Part shown: positions 22,729 to 35,200 of the stretch, in pieces
How the letters are laid out: each line of letters opens with the position of its first letter
Position numbering within the stretch: position 1 is the first letter of the stretch
NCBI GenBank assembly: GCA_002269645.1
Contig: NIVC01002145.1
Coordinates: 136,845-200,844 of the forward strand
DNA: 64,000 bases
Direction: 5' to 3'
DNA from: Macrostomum lignano
Lineage: Eukaryota
Program-made: the position numbers and the translations under genes
The notes under the pieces: model-generated
The model's database searches: none
What the model was told of the DNA's origin: nothing
The model's input: only the letters and a program-made list of their open reading frames with translations

Positions 22729-23674
22729 TGCGGCTGGTGCGTTACAGCTTTGTGTACCACTATGCCTATAGCGTGAGAGAGCGGACCAGGGCTCACCGGC
22801 TGATGAAGGATGATGTGCCCGAGGAGGTTAAGGTGACGGTTTTGTTTACCTGATTCTTATTTACTTTGGGAGCTGTGCGTTGTATTTGGTTAGACTTTAA
22901 GGTATGAGGTAGATGTCAGGTAGATTTCATGTAGATGCCATGTAGATATCAGTCAGGTAGATGGCAGGTAGATTTCATGTAGATGTCAGGTAAATGTCAG
23001 GTAGATGTCAGGTAGATGTCATGTAGATTTCATGTAGATGTCAGGTAGATGTCAGGTAGATGTCATGTAGATGAGAGATGTCAGGTAAATGTCAGGTAGA
23101 TGTCATGTAGATTTCATGTGGATGTCAGGTAGATGTCAGGTAGATGAGAGATGTCAGGTAGATTTCATGTACATGTCAGATAAATGTCAGGTAGATGTCA
23201 GGTAGATGTCAGGTTGATGTCATGTAGATTTTATGTGGATGTCAGGTAGATGTCAGGAAGAGTTCAGGTAGACATCTACCCAGCCATCGGTTGCTATGGA
23301 TACCGTGTACATCATTGCAGATGCGCCGCAGCGCCGAGGTCGATCGGGTGTTCCGCGACATCGCCAGCGCCGACAACCAGCTGTCTGTCGGGCAGCGCCA
23401 GCTGGTTCTCATCGAAGGCGACAGTCGGCGCTCCGCTGACTGGTGGCGCGGCCGCAACGACCAGGGCATCCGGGTGCTGCTGCCCAAGCTGCCGCAGTCT
23501 GCGCAGCGAATTCACCAGTTCGACATTCGCGTCGGTGATTTCGTTGCCGCCCGAGTCGACAGCGCCGGCGCGCAGACGCTGCTGGCCGAGCCGCTGGCGC
23601 CGGTGCCCGACGGACCGGCCGGGTTTGCCAGCGCTCTGGCCGAACTGGACAGCTCCCGCCCGCTGCCGGCTTAG
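22729..23674 (+). pseudogene. CDK5RAP1: Duplicated CDK5RAP1 3' end (terminal exon 23321-23674), copy 3
   Basis: Shares the copy 2 variants (Arg codon, same short intron array). Confidence 0.85.
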
Positions 23675-24930
23675 GGGCCCTCCCTCTGCCCTCCCTTCTG
23701 CCCTCTCTGCCCTCCTCTCTGCCCTCCCTCTGCCCTCCCCTCTGCCCTCCACTCTGCCCTCCACTCTGCCCTCCCTCTGCCCTCCCCTCTGCCCTCCCTC
23801 TGCCCTCCCCTCTGCCCTCCCCTCTGCCCTCTACTCTGCCCTCCCCTCTGCCCTCCCCTCTGCCCTCCCCTCTGCCCTCCCCTCTGCCCTCCCCTCTGCC
23901 CTCCCTCTGCCCTCCCTCTGCCCTCCCCTCTGCCCTCCCCTCTGCCCTCCCCTCTGCCCTCCCTCTGCCCTCCCCTCTGCCCTCCCCTCTGCCCTCCCCT
24001 CTGCCCTCCCCTCTGCTCTCCCTCTGCCTTCCTCTCTGCCCTCCCTCTACGCTCCCCTCTTCTCTCCCTATGCCCTTCTCTCACTCTCTCCCCCTCTCCC
24101 ATTTTCCTTCTCATCCTTTTTGCATATGACCTTTCTCCCCTGACTGACTCCGCAACATAATTTCTAGCGCATTTTTACGAGCAAACTTTCTGCAGGGCTG
24201 GAACACCGTTTAACTGAGTTGCTTGATACCATGGTGTGCTTTAAGTCTTACCGGTACTGTGTTCCAATGCCTATGACTTCGATTGTTGTCAATCAGTTCT
24301 CATTAGTTATAGCTTCACGCATTCAATATTGGCCTGTGAATAATAATACTAAGCTTTAATCGGCATCATTTGACAACAATTGACTCAGTCAGTCAGTCAA
24401 AACGTTGATGACATCATGAAGAAACTAAGAGACTTCGCCAGCTACTTTGAAAGGCTGGAAGTTCGAAAATGACCAGCTTCTGGTCAACACTGCCCAGAAA
24501 ACATGGGCTATTGGTTATCAGCATTGCGGCCGTTGAGCAGATTTGCTTTAGATCTTCACTCTTCAAAGAGGGTGCAGACTTCAAGCCTTTGAGATACCTC
24601 ATGACGGTAAAGTTTTCTCAGGACCCGTTGGAATGCTCATTTGATGCAATCCTGTCGCGTTCGGGACTAACAGTCACCCCAATTTGTGCTAGAGGAAAAT
24701 ATTCACTACGTAGACAGAAAGTTATTTTTAAGACTCAAATCTGAAGCTACGAGCTCTTTACATATGAAACTGTCTATGGCAAAACCTTTAAAATCAAGAT
24801 ATGCCTCAATACACAGAACCTTGAGTATTCACACAATCCTCGTATTTGTGAATAGCTCCATATTGAGCAGTCTCAGCACTCTCTGCGATTGTCATTTGTC
24901 ACAGTCAAGGTCACTACCAGCAGCAACAAC

Positions 24931-25440
24931 ATGCACGCACTGCTAGAGGCCAAAGCCTGTCTGATCCACAGCGCCCTCAGCCGGCCAGTGGATGGCCAGC
25001 AGGTGGTGAACTGCTCAGAGCTGGCCAAGAAGCTGGTGCTAGCCGAGGAGAAGGCTCGCAGGCAGTACATTGAGAACACGCGCAACGCCAAGCTGCGCCC
25101 GATCTACAAGCTGGACGAAGAGAAACTGCAGAGCGACTTTCGAGTGCTGAAGTTTATCGGTTGCGAGCTGTTCTCGCAGACTCTGCCGGATCATGTGACT
25201 AAATCGGAGCTCGTGGACTTTGTCATTACGGTGTACGGCAACGGCCGAGAGTGCAGCGTGTCCCAGCGGCTGTTCCAGCTGATTGACGGCCAGAACTCCG
25301 GCAGGGTGAACCAGCTGGATTTGACAATTTATTGCGAACCGATTCTGACAAAACCGGTGCTGCAGGAGCTGGCCGGCCTGGGGCAGTCAATTAATTTTGA
25401 TCAGTTTAAACGGCTCAATATTACTAATGCGTACAAGTAG
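24931..25440 (+). CDS. EF-hand-like protein, copy 3
   Basis: Translation identical to copy 1. Confidence 0.6.
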   Translation: MHALLEAKACLIHSALSRPVDGQQVVNCSELAKKLVLAEEKARRQYIENTRNAKLRPIYKLDEEKLQSDFRVLKFIGCELFSQTLPDHVTKSELVDFVITVYGNGRECSVSQRLFQLIDGQNSGRVNQLDLTIYCEPILTKPVLQELAGLGQSINFDQFKRLNITNAYK

Positions 25441-25877
25441 GAGGGCTTTCAGTTTTTATTGCAGGGCGGTTAGCAAACAAACAGGCCAGATCAAGAATCT
25501 AGCTTATGGCTGCTGGCCAGGTGAGAGGAGATCAGAGATGAGAGAAGAGGGAAGAGAAGGGAGAAGTGAGAGAAGAGATCGGAGATGAGAGAATGAGTGC
25601 TAACACAGGAGTCACCGTGAGAGCACGGCCTAATTAATAATGAATTCATGTTATTAACTTACTGCCCCGAGTTCGGGACCCTGCATGCCCTGCTGAGACG
25701 ATATTTTACTACAACTTTTTTTGCATAATCCACCATTCTGCCATCAAGGTCCAGAGTAACCGATCAAAATTGACTTGTTTGCATCTCAAAAAAACTGAAG
25801 TTTGAAGTCATAAACTATAAGTATTGAAGTCCATTGTTGGCTAAATGATCATGCACTGCTTCCCATGGAAATTTCGC

Positions 25878-27857
25878 GTCCCAATCTCACCCTTGTGTCC
25901 TAATCTCACCCTTTCTGTCTTAATCTCACCCTTTCTGTCTTAATCTCACCCTTTCTGTCCTAATCCCCCCTGTCTTAATCTCCCCCTTCTGTCCTAATCT
26001 CACCCTTTCTGTCTTAATCTCACCCTTTCTGTCCTAATCTCACCCTTTCTGTCTTAATCTCACCCTTTCTGTCCTAATCTCACCCTTTCTGTCTTAATCT
26101 CACCCTTTCTGTCCTAATCTCACCCTTTCTGTCCTAATCTCACCCTTTCTGTCTTAATCTCACCCTTTCTGTCTTAATCTCACCCTTTCTGTCCTAATCT
26201 CACCCTGTCTGTCCTAATCTCACCCTGTCTGTCCTAATCTCACCATTTCTGTCCTAATCTCACCCTGTCTAACCTAATCTCACCGGTCTGTCCTAATCTC
26301 ACCCTGTCTGTCCTAATCTCACCCTGTCTAACCTAATCTCACCATTTCTGTCCTAATCTCACCCTGTCTGTCCTAATCTCACCAATTTTGTTCTAATCTC
26401 ATCCTTTCTGTCCTAATCTCACCCTTTCTGTCCTAATCTCACCCTTTCTGTCCTAATCTCCCCCTTCTGTCCTAATCTCACCCTTTCTGTCCTAATCTCA
26501 CCCTGTCTGTCCTAATCTCACCCTGTCTGTCCTAATCTCACCCTGTCTGTCCTAATCTCACCATTTCTGTCCTAATCTCACCATTTCTGTCCTAATCTCA
26601 CCCTGTCTGTCCTAATCTCACCCTGTCTGTCCTAATCTCACCCTGTCTGTCCTAATCTCACACCAATTTTGTTCTAACCTCATCCTTTCTGTCCTAATCT
26701 CCCCCTTCTGTCCTAATCTCACCCTTTCTGTCCTAATCTCCCCCTTCTGTCCTAATCTCACCATTTCTGTCCTAATCTCATCCTTTCTGTCTTAATCTCC
26801 CCCTTCTGTCCTAATCTCCCCCTTCTGTCCTAATCTCACCCTTTCTGTCCTAATCTCACCCTGTCTGTCCTAATCTCACCCTGTCTGTCCTAATCTCACC
26901 CTGTCTGTCCTAATCTCACCATTTCTGTCCTAATCTCACCCTGTCTGTCCTAATCTCACCCTTTCTGTCCTAATCTCACCCTTTCTGTCCTAATCTCACC
27001 CTGTCTGTCCTAATCTCACCCTGTCTGTCCTAATCTCACCCTTTCTGTCCTAATCTCCCCCTGTCTGTCCTAATCTCCCCCTTCTGTCCTAATCTCACCA
27101 TTTCTGTCCTAATCTCACCCTGTCTGTCCTAATCTCACCCTGTCTGTCCTAATCTCACCCTGTCTGTCCTAATCTCACCATTTCTGTCCTAATCTCACCC
27201 TGTCTGTCCTAATCTCACCCTGTCTGTCCTAATCTCACCCTGTCTGTCCTAATCTCACCCTGTCTGTCCTAATCTCACCCTGTCTGTCCTAATCTCCCCC
27301 TGTCTGTCCTAATCTCACCCTTTCTGTCCTAATCTCCCCCTGTCTGTCCTAATCTCACCCTTTCTGTCCTAATCTCACCCTTTCTGTCCTAATCTCACCC
27401 TTTCTGTCCTAATCTCCCCCTTCTGTCCTAATCTCACCCTTTCTGTCCTAATCCCCCCCTTCTGTCCTAATCTCACCCTTTCTATCCTAATCTCACCCTG
27501 TCTGTCCTAATCTCAACAATTTTGTTCTAATCTCACCTTTTCTGTCCTAATCTCCCCCTTCTGTCCTAATCTCACCCTTTCTGTCCTAATCTCACCCTTT
27601 CTGTCCTAATCTCACCCTTTCTGTCCTAATCTCACCCTGTCTGTCCTAATCTCAACAATTTTGTTCTAATCTCACCTTTTCTGTCCTAATCTCCCCCTTC
27701 TGTCCTAATCTCACCCTTTCTGTCCTAATCTCACCCTTTCTGTCCTAATCTCACCCTTTCTGTCCTAATCTCACCATTTCTGTCCTAATCTCACCATTTC
27801 TGTCCTAATCTCACCCTGTCTGTTCTAATCTCACGCTTCTGTCCTAATCTCACCTTT
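25878..27857. repeat. Full-length 20-bp minisatellite array (about 2 kb)
   Basis: About 100 units of cctaatctcacc(ctg/ctt/att)tctgt. Confidence 0.97.
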
Positions 27858-29812
27858 ATCGCTCTCCTGTGTTCTCCAGGAAGCGGCTAAGCTGCAGAGC
27901 TTCTTTGCTGTTTTCTCCAAGCTCATTGTTGACTGTTTCACCACCGGGTACATCCCCAATACTGGAGGACAGTTCGGGTTGGTCTTCATTCCCAAGCCTG
28001 CCAAAGGCGACTATACTGACGTTAAATCCTTCCGCCCCATCAGCCTTTACATCCTTCTGTATCAAGCTGATGGAGAGACTAATCTTGTGGAGGCTGCGCG
28101 ACTGCGAGTTAAGGACGGCACCCATAAGTAAGCACCAATTCGCCTTCCAGCCAGGTAAAACTACCGAGCACGCTTTGCATGTTTATTACCTCAGCCATTA
28201 AGAAAGCTATTCTGAGTAAGCAGATTGCCTGTGGGCTTTTCTGTGACGTTCCTTCAGTGACTCCCTTTTGCAGAAAAAGGTCGACCCAGCATTGTGCGGT
28301 GGGTCGACTTTATGATCCGGAACAGAGACTTCTACCCTCATGGATGCCACTTGCACCCATACGTTTACAAAGGGCGGAGCGCCAGCCCAAGGTGAGGTGC
28401 TCACCCCACTGCTCTGGAATCTCGTGATGGACGAACTCCTGACGGCTGACGTCCCCAGCAGCATAGTCAAGGCAGGCTACGCTGATGATGTCGCTGCTAT
28501 TGTCAGTGGCCCTGACACCAGCACCCTTCGAAGCTTGATGCAGCAGTTCGCCGATAAGGCGCAAGCCTGGGCTACCCGGCACGGCCTAACCATTGGCACC
28601 GCTAAGACGGTGTCCATTATCTTCACCAGGAAGCGGAAGTGGAGCATGCGGAACCTCACCATCTATGGTAAGGACATCCCCCTAGTCAAGGAAACAAAAT
28701 ATCTAGGTGTGACGCTCACTCACGATCTGCGTTGGACCAAGCACGCTGACAATGTCAAGGCTGATCTCCCAAGACAGTCAGGTGGATATACACCGGTGTT
28801 ATACTTTGGATATCCGTGTCTTGTGTTGTCCGCCCAGATAGTACAAGTGCTTTCTGATCCCCCTCCCCAGATATTCCAAGCATCTTAAAGTATCCGGTCC
28901 AGATATCTCAAGCTGCTTTACGTTCTCCGGGGTGCTTTCAGTCCCCCCCCCCCGGAAGTCACAAGCAGGTTGAAATATCCGGCCGAAAAACTAAGGTTTG
29001 CTTTGCGATATCCGGATTGTGATGTCCGGGTAAAACAACGATAATGTATAAAAAATGATTTTTTAGAACAAAAAGACTAAGTGAAAGTGTTTCAAGGATG
29101 TAAGATTACTGAGTTTGGAATTTTTTTAAACGTTTCTAAATACTATATCTAATTTGGTGAATGAAATGCCCTGGTTGTTTATCATTGTCCTTTAGTTGGT
29201 CACCCCCCCTTTCGACTCCCAAAAACTTTTATATACCAAATCTTCAATAGACCCCCATGCTCAAGTTAACCATGATCAAGTTACCTTCTCTGAAGTCATC
29301 AGTCAATCGCGCCATTCAAGAGTGGCTGAACCGCGAGCACCAGATCCACTGGAACAGCTGCTCTGAATATCGGCAAACACGAACGGCAATGCCTGTCATA
29401 AACCGGAAAGTATCCAAATTCTAATCTCTCTAAGTAAAACTGATCTCAGGGAGATGCAAAGTGGCTGCTCCCCCATCTGCCCATTCTGTGATTTAGAAGA
29501 GGAAACCTCGACGCACCACGTCACTTTCTGCCCGCACTTCAACGAGGCGCGGAGACGTCACCTCGGTCACCCGCGAAGGCTGGACGAGCTCACCACTCCG
29601 GACCGGATCCGTGACCTGCGTGCATTCGTTCGGGATTCTGGACGGATGAAGATCGCAGACGCCACTCTCGAGAGCGCTTCTGCTGCCGGCGAGGGGTGGG
29701 CGCAGCCCCAAGGCTAACGCCTTTCTGTGTTTTAGCTTGGGGTTGCGATAGGGGCCTGGCGGCCTAATCGCGGCGTTCTGCCCCCCGTCGGTAGTAAAGT
29801 AAAGTTAGTAAG
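27858..29812 (+). mobile_element. 5'-truncated, frameshifted, internally deleted non-LTR retrotransposon (R1/LOA-like); about 490 bp of unrelated sequence at roughly 28762-29250
   Basis: RT motifs [68 protein letters not shown]-terminal [23 protein letters not shown]. 3' tail gtaaagtaaagttagtaag. Flanking repeat taatctcacc at 27845 and 29813. Clade assignment is from recalled motif similarity. Confidence 0.88.
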
Positions 29813-30414
29813 TAATCTCACCCTTCGACAGCAGTACATGCACATATTATAAACTTTACGAACTAAACACCTCTTTTCTTACTTAAAGTAGTTAAATTGT
29901 ATCTCAATAGACTTTAAAACTCCCTAAGCCAATACCGGGAATCAGATGATTTTTCATAAGCTAAGGACCATTTGATAAATTTTATTTCATTCTTCCAAAT
30001 TGAAGGCAATAAGCCAAAAGCCCTAAGTGCCGGTCTGCTGACTCTAGCCCTGCTAAATAATTCATATTTGAGCAGTTATCATAAAAAGCTGGACCCCATG
30101 AAGTCTCTCATAACTCTTGTCTGCAGTCCCGCCCGCGTCTATAGCATTGAGTTGAGCTGCAGGTATGTTGAGAAGCCCCAGCTCTGCCCTACCTCAACAT
30201 CGTTAACTCTCGTCTGGAAAAGCAATATTTCAGTGTTTTATTTCGTTGCTACCCGGAGGGGTAGAAATTATCCCATCGCGACTGGGGGCGCGGGGGTTGT
30301 GGCTTCCAGTTATTACATGCCTCACATTTTATATATAAATTTAGCTGCTAGGATTTATCAGCTCATTCCAAGCCTCATCCTTCTTTGCTAAGCAATTTAG
30401 CAAACAAAAAAGTC

Positions 30415-31437
30415 ATGGGCAATATTTTGACGGCAACTCTGGCACTGCAGGTGCTGCTGCTCTCGGCCGAATCAACTGCCGCTTGCAGTGCCAGCAGTCG
30501 CTGGTGCAAATACCCAACTATCCAGTGCTTGAATGCCAGCCTGGCCCTGATTAAATGGCATTCGATGACAAGCCTGCAGAGCTGCTTATTTAAGGCTAGT
30601 CGCCAGCCAGACTCAACAGAAGATCCACTGGTGCAGTGGAACGGGCAGACCGGCGTGTGCTCGATATTCCAATACCAGCAGATATGCCGAGCCGCTAGCA
30701 GTGCTGTGGTAAGCGACTGCTCAACTTATCGGCTTCAAGCACTGGCCACCTGCGAGACTTCTGTGACAATCGGCTCTCCACTGATTGGCGTGTGGCTGGC
30801 CGGTAGGCGGCACAGGCTGAGCAATCTGGTGTGCCAGCCCGAGCCCAGCAATTATCAATTTGAGAGCACCAATCTGCTTTGGACAGATGAAGGCGCCACC
30901 TTTGACGGCTCAACTTCTTACGGTCTGCTGAGGAATGAGCACTTTGTATCGAATAATAGTTTGTCAAATTTCACCTGGCTGATCCGGCTGAAGCGGGTGC
31001 CAAAAATTCAGCCGTTCATCGAATTCGTGGCCTGCTCAGACGGTTCTCAGGGACCCCAGCTGTGGGAATTCGACGAGGCCAACATGCTGTTTTTTAATAA
31101 AGCCGGGCCATCGTCTGAGGGCACCGATTTCTCTATTCACTCGGACTCTTCGGTTATGCCCGGCGACCAGAACACCTGGATTGATGTTGGCATTGCTGCC
31201 GGGCCTAGCGATACTACTAGCAGCCTGTTTGCAGGCCAACAAGTGCTTGCTACGGTTCGAGCTTCGCGAAATCACATCACGCGGCCGTACAATTGCTTCT
31301 TTATAGGGCTTGGCCGCAGATTCTCTGGCTCGAGCAGCCGCTATCTGGAGGGAGTCGTCAGCGCAGTGGCCATTGCCAATGTGAAAATGTCCGAGCTGCA
31401 GATGCGACAGGTTTTTGAAGCTTTTCCGCCGCGCTAG
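30415..31437 (+). CDS. Intronless 340-aa predicted secreted protein: signal peptide, Cys-rich PAN/apple-like region, LamG/ConA-like (pentraxin-type) domain
   Basis: Hydrophobic MGNILTATLALQVLLLSAESTAA; multiple Cys in the N-half; ATFDGSTSY, NFTWLIRLK, WIDVGIAA and YLEGVVSAVAIANVKMSELQMRQVF resemble LamG-like strands. Domain names are inference. Confidence 0.7.
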   Translation: MGNILTATLALQVLLLSAESTAACSASSRWCKYPTIQCLNASLALIKWHSMTSLQSCLFKASRQPDSTEDPLVQWNGQTGVCSIFQYQQICRAASSAVVSDCSTYRLQALATCETSVTIGSPLIGVWLAGRRHRLSNLVCQPEPSNYQFESTNLLWTDEGATFDGSTSYGLLRNEHFVSNNSLSNFTWLIRLKRVPKIQPFIEFVACSDGSQGPQLWEFDEANMLFFNKAGPSSEGTDFSIHSDSSVMPGDQNTWIDVGIAAGPSDTTSSLFAGQQVLATVRASRNHITRPYNCFFIGLGRRFSGSSSRYLEGVVSAVAIANVKMSELQMRQVFEAFPPR

Positions 31438-31644
31438 ACGCTTGAGCTGATTCTGAGCACGGGGCATTGCCATCATTCTCTCAAATGTGTTTCTCTCTTT
31501 CTGACTCAGCTTTAAGCACCGAACACATCAACTTATCAAAACTTTTTTATTCAACATGAAAACTAAAGTTATCGACACACCCTTACTACTGAATGATGAG
31601 AGTAGTACATTTACAAGCCACCAAATTTCATCGAATCTGTTGCT

Positions 31645-31960
31645 GGCATGACGGCATTCGAGCAGTGGTTAGAGCGTCGGACTCACGACTGAAAGGTCGG
31701 GGGTTCGATTCCGATCCCACTCGGAACAATCTGTGTCCTTGAGCAACAAGACACTTAACTCTGCATTGCTTCAGTTCACCCAGCTGTAAGATGGGTGCCA
31801 GCATTAGCTGGGATAATTGAGGCTGTGTGTGGCGACCCCCCAGTCCTTGGACTGAACAGCCGTACGCAGCCTTCAGATGCGACGCGCAATAGCTGCGGCT
31901 GAGCTGTCAGTTGAACACCTGCCTGCCCAAGCACACTAGCTTCATTTAACCAAACAAACT
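31645..31960 (+). mobile_element. tRNA-derived SINE with CORE-like central domain
   Basis: A-box-like gcagtggttagagcg (31662) and B-box ggttcgattcc (31702), followed by gtgtccttgagcaacaagacacttaac…cacccagctgtaagatggg, which resembles CORE-type SINE domains. Confidence 0.72.
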
Positions 31961-32279
31961 TACTTTAAGCAGTCAGTTACCTGAATTTATGGAAGTCGCT
32001 ATATCCTCAGGCCAAAATATGCGCAAGAGATCACAGCTCCAGGCTACAGAAAAGAGAAACAAAGAAAGCGCAGAGTAGGCACCGGATTTCTGTCACAAAA
32101 ATTGCGGCTAAGCAGAGAAATTAGTTGGGACAATCAGGCCTGACTGACTCAACTATCAGCCGTTTAAAAGTTTTTCTTCTGCTTTTATTCAGTTTTAAAA
32201 CTTCCACACTTACTTATACTACTTACAGATCTCAGCGCTTGTAAGTAGTATAATAAATAGATGATTAATAAACGCAAAG

Positions 32280-35200
32280 TTAACGGCGATCGGTTTTGCC
32301 AATGCCGCGCTTGCCGCTGAACAGGTGCTTGGGCTTGGCGATGAACACGTGCCTGTCAGCCTCGCCCTTCCTAGCTAGCTGGTTGTTCTTCCTCTGCGAC
32401 TGCTTGGCCATGAGGCGCGCCTTGCCGGCCATGGCCGCGTCGCGAACGCCGCTCTCCGAACGGGGCGGCCTGGACCGCGAGCGGGACCGCGAACGGCGCT
32501 CCTCGTCGGCCGCAACGTCGGCGTCACGACGGCGCTGGGCGGAGCGGTCGCGCAGGCGGCTGCGGGACCGTCCGGCCGACATGTGGGCAGTGGCGTCGGC
32601 GTCCACGTCTACGCCGAGCTCCTCCATGCCTTCCTCGACGTCGTCCGTGCTCATCTGCGTTGAACAATGGGGGAGATACTACTGTTAGTAGATGCGATAT
32701 GCTAAAGGTGGTTTATTAATAGGTAGTGTCTTAAATGAGGGCGGTAACAGCAGCTTACAGAGGCTCAGGATTCTTAGGCGATTCTTAAGAGTGGGAGTCA
32801 AGGGCGATTCTCAGGAGAGGAGCGAAGGGCGATTCTCAGGAGAGGAGTGAAGGGCGATTCTCAGGAGAGGAGTGAAGGGCGATTCTCAGGAGGGGGAGTG
32901 AAGGGCGATTCTCAGGAGGGGGAGTCAAGGGCAATTCTCAGGAGAGGGAGTGAAGGGCGATTCTCAGGAGAGGAGTGAAGGGCGATTCTCAGGAGAGGAG
33001 TGAAGGGCGATTCTCAGGAGAGGAGCGAAGGGCGATTCTCAGGAGGGGGAGTGAAGGGCGATTCTCAGGAGGGGGAGTGAAGGGCGATTCTCAGGAGGGG
33101 GAGTGAAGGGCGATTCTCAGGAGAGGGAGTGAAGGGCGATTCTCAGGAGAGGAGTGAAGGGCGATTCTCAGGAGAGGAGTGAAGGGCGATTCTCAGGAGA
33201 GGAGCGAAGGGCGATTCTTAGGAGGGGAGTGAAGGGCGATTCTCAGGAGGGGAGTGAAGGGCGATTCTCAGGAGGGGAGTGAATGGCGATTCTTAGGAGG
33301 GGAGTGAAGGGCGATTCTTAGGAGGGGATTGAAGGGCGATTCTTAGGAGGGGATTGAAGGGCAATTCTCAGACGATTTAGCAACGGAGTGTCTGGAACTA
33401 TCACAGCCAGAGTATCTCCCCCAGCCGCTAACCTTCTTGCCCGTGCGCGGCATCTTGGCGCCTTTCACGCCTTTGCGCTCTCGGCTCTCCAACTTGCGCA
33501 GCGCCTTCTTCTCGCGGATGAGGCGGGCCGTGTGCCGGATGGCCTGCATCTCGTCGTCCGACTCCGGCTGGTCGATATCGTAGTAGCCGGCCCCGGCCCG
33601 GGCGTCCTCCTCGCGCTCCAGCTGGCGCAGTCGTTCCAGAATGTCCGGGTCGATGAAGTCCTGAGCGGAGATTTACGAGTGTTGTTTGAATGTTGCTTGA
33701 TTAGTTCATTGTAGGAAGGGGTTCAAACTGGGGATCTGGGAGGCTGGCCCAGCAACTGGGGATCTGGGAGAGCGGTGGCCCAGCAACTGGGGATCTGGGA
33801 GGCTGGCCCAGCAACTGAGGATCTGGGAGGCTGGCCCAGCAACTGGGGATCTGGGAGGCTGGCCCAGCAACTGGGGATCTGGGAGGCTGGCCCAGCAACT
33901 GCAGATCCGGAAGAGTGGTAGCCTAGCATTCTTCATAACAGGAGAGCTTTAGTTTTTCAAATGCGAGCACCGGAGAAGTCAAAGCGTCTCACCTGGATGT
34001 TGTGACCCTCCCAGATCTCCGGGATGGCGTCCTGCTTCCACTCCTCCTTTTCCAGCAGCCAGTTCTTCTGCAGATCCAGCACATAGTCGTGCCCCATCTC
34101 CAGCTCGATTTCACGCTCCAGCTTCCTTGGCTTCTTTTCCACCTCGATGCCCTGCGCGGCGAGCTGGCGCTTCCGAGTCACGGCCTCCGGGATCATCGGC
34201 GGGCGCGGTTTGTCGTCGCGCGGCTTGGGCAGGGCCACGTACAGCCTGTTGGGCAGGCGGCATGGGGAAAGGGTTTATGCACCTCAATATTACTTGACGC
34301 TGTCCACACCCCTAGTATCCTTGAATCTGCCTCTCCGCTTCATCAGTGTCCTTGAATCTGCCTCTCCGCTTCATCAGTGTCCTTGAATCTGCCTCTCCGC
34401 TCCCTCAGTGTCCTTGAATCTGCCTCTCCGCTCCCTCAGTGTCCTTGAATCTGCCTCTCCGCTCCCTCAGTGTCCTTGAATCTGCCTCTCCGCTCCCTCA
34501 GTGTCCTTGAATCTGCCTCTCCGCTCCCTCAGTGTCCTTGAATCTGCCTCTCCGCTCCCTCAGTGTCCTTGAATCTGCCTCTCCGCTCCCTCAGTGTCCT
34601 TGAATCTGCCTCTCCGCTCCCTCAGTGTCCTTGAATCTGCCTCTCCGCTCCCTCAGTGTCCTTGAATCTGCCTCTCCGCTCCCTCAGTGTCCTTGAATCT
34701 GCCTCTCCGCTCCCTCAGTGTCCTTGAATCTGCCTCTCCGCTCCCTCAGTGTCCTTGAATCTGCCTCTCCGCTCCCTCAGTGTCCTTGAATCTGCCTCTC
34801 CCTTCCCTCGGTGTCCTTGAATCTGCCTCTCCCTTCCCTCAGTGTCCTTGAATCTGCCTCTCCGCTCCCTCAGTGTCCTTGAATCTGCCTCTCCCTTCCC
34901 TCAGTGTCCTTGAATCTGCCTCTCCCTTCCCTCAGTGTCCTTGAATCTGCCTCTCCGCTCCCTCAGTGTCCTTGAATCTGCCTCTCCCTTCCCTCAGTGT
35001 CCTTGAATCTGCCTCTCCCTTCCCTCAGTGTCCTTGAATCTGCCTCTCCCTTCCCTCGGTGTCCTTGAATCTGCCTCTCCCTTCCCTCAGTGTCCTTGAA
35101 TCTGCCTCTCCGCTCCCTCAGTGTCCTTGAATCTGCCTCTCCCTTCCCTCAGTGTCCTTGAATCTGCCTCTCCCTTCCCTCAGTGTCCTTGAATCTGCTT

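Larger units (their letters stand above)
14943..27857 (+). repeat. Tandem segmental triplication: unit 1 14943-19274, unit 2 19275-22728, unit 3 22729 to about 27857
   Basis: Near-identical blocks at about 3454-3482 bp spacing. Each junction fuses the cctaatctcacc satellite to the middle of CDK5RAP1 exon 5 (…ccctgtctgg|tgcggctggtgcgttacag). Confidence 0.95.

Noticed and set aside
28762-29250. Named DNA transposon inside the LINE (recurrent atatccgg)
   Set aside because: No terminal inverted repeats or TSD could be identified; left as an unclassified insertion.
31650-31725. Functional tRNA gene
   Set aside because: A and B boxes are present but I cannot build a full cloverleaf, and the sequence continues into a SINE body.
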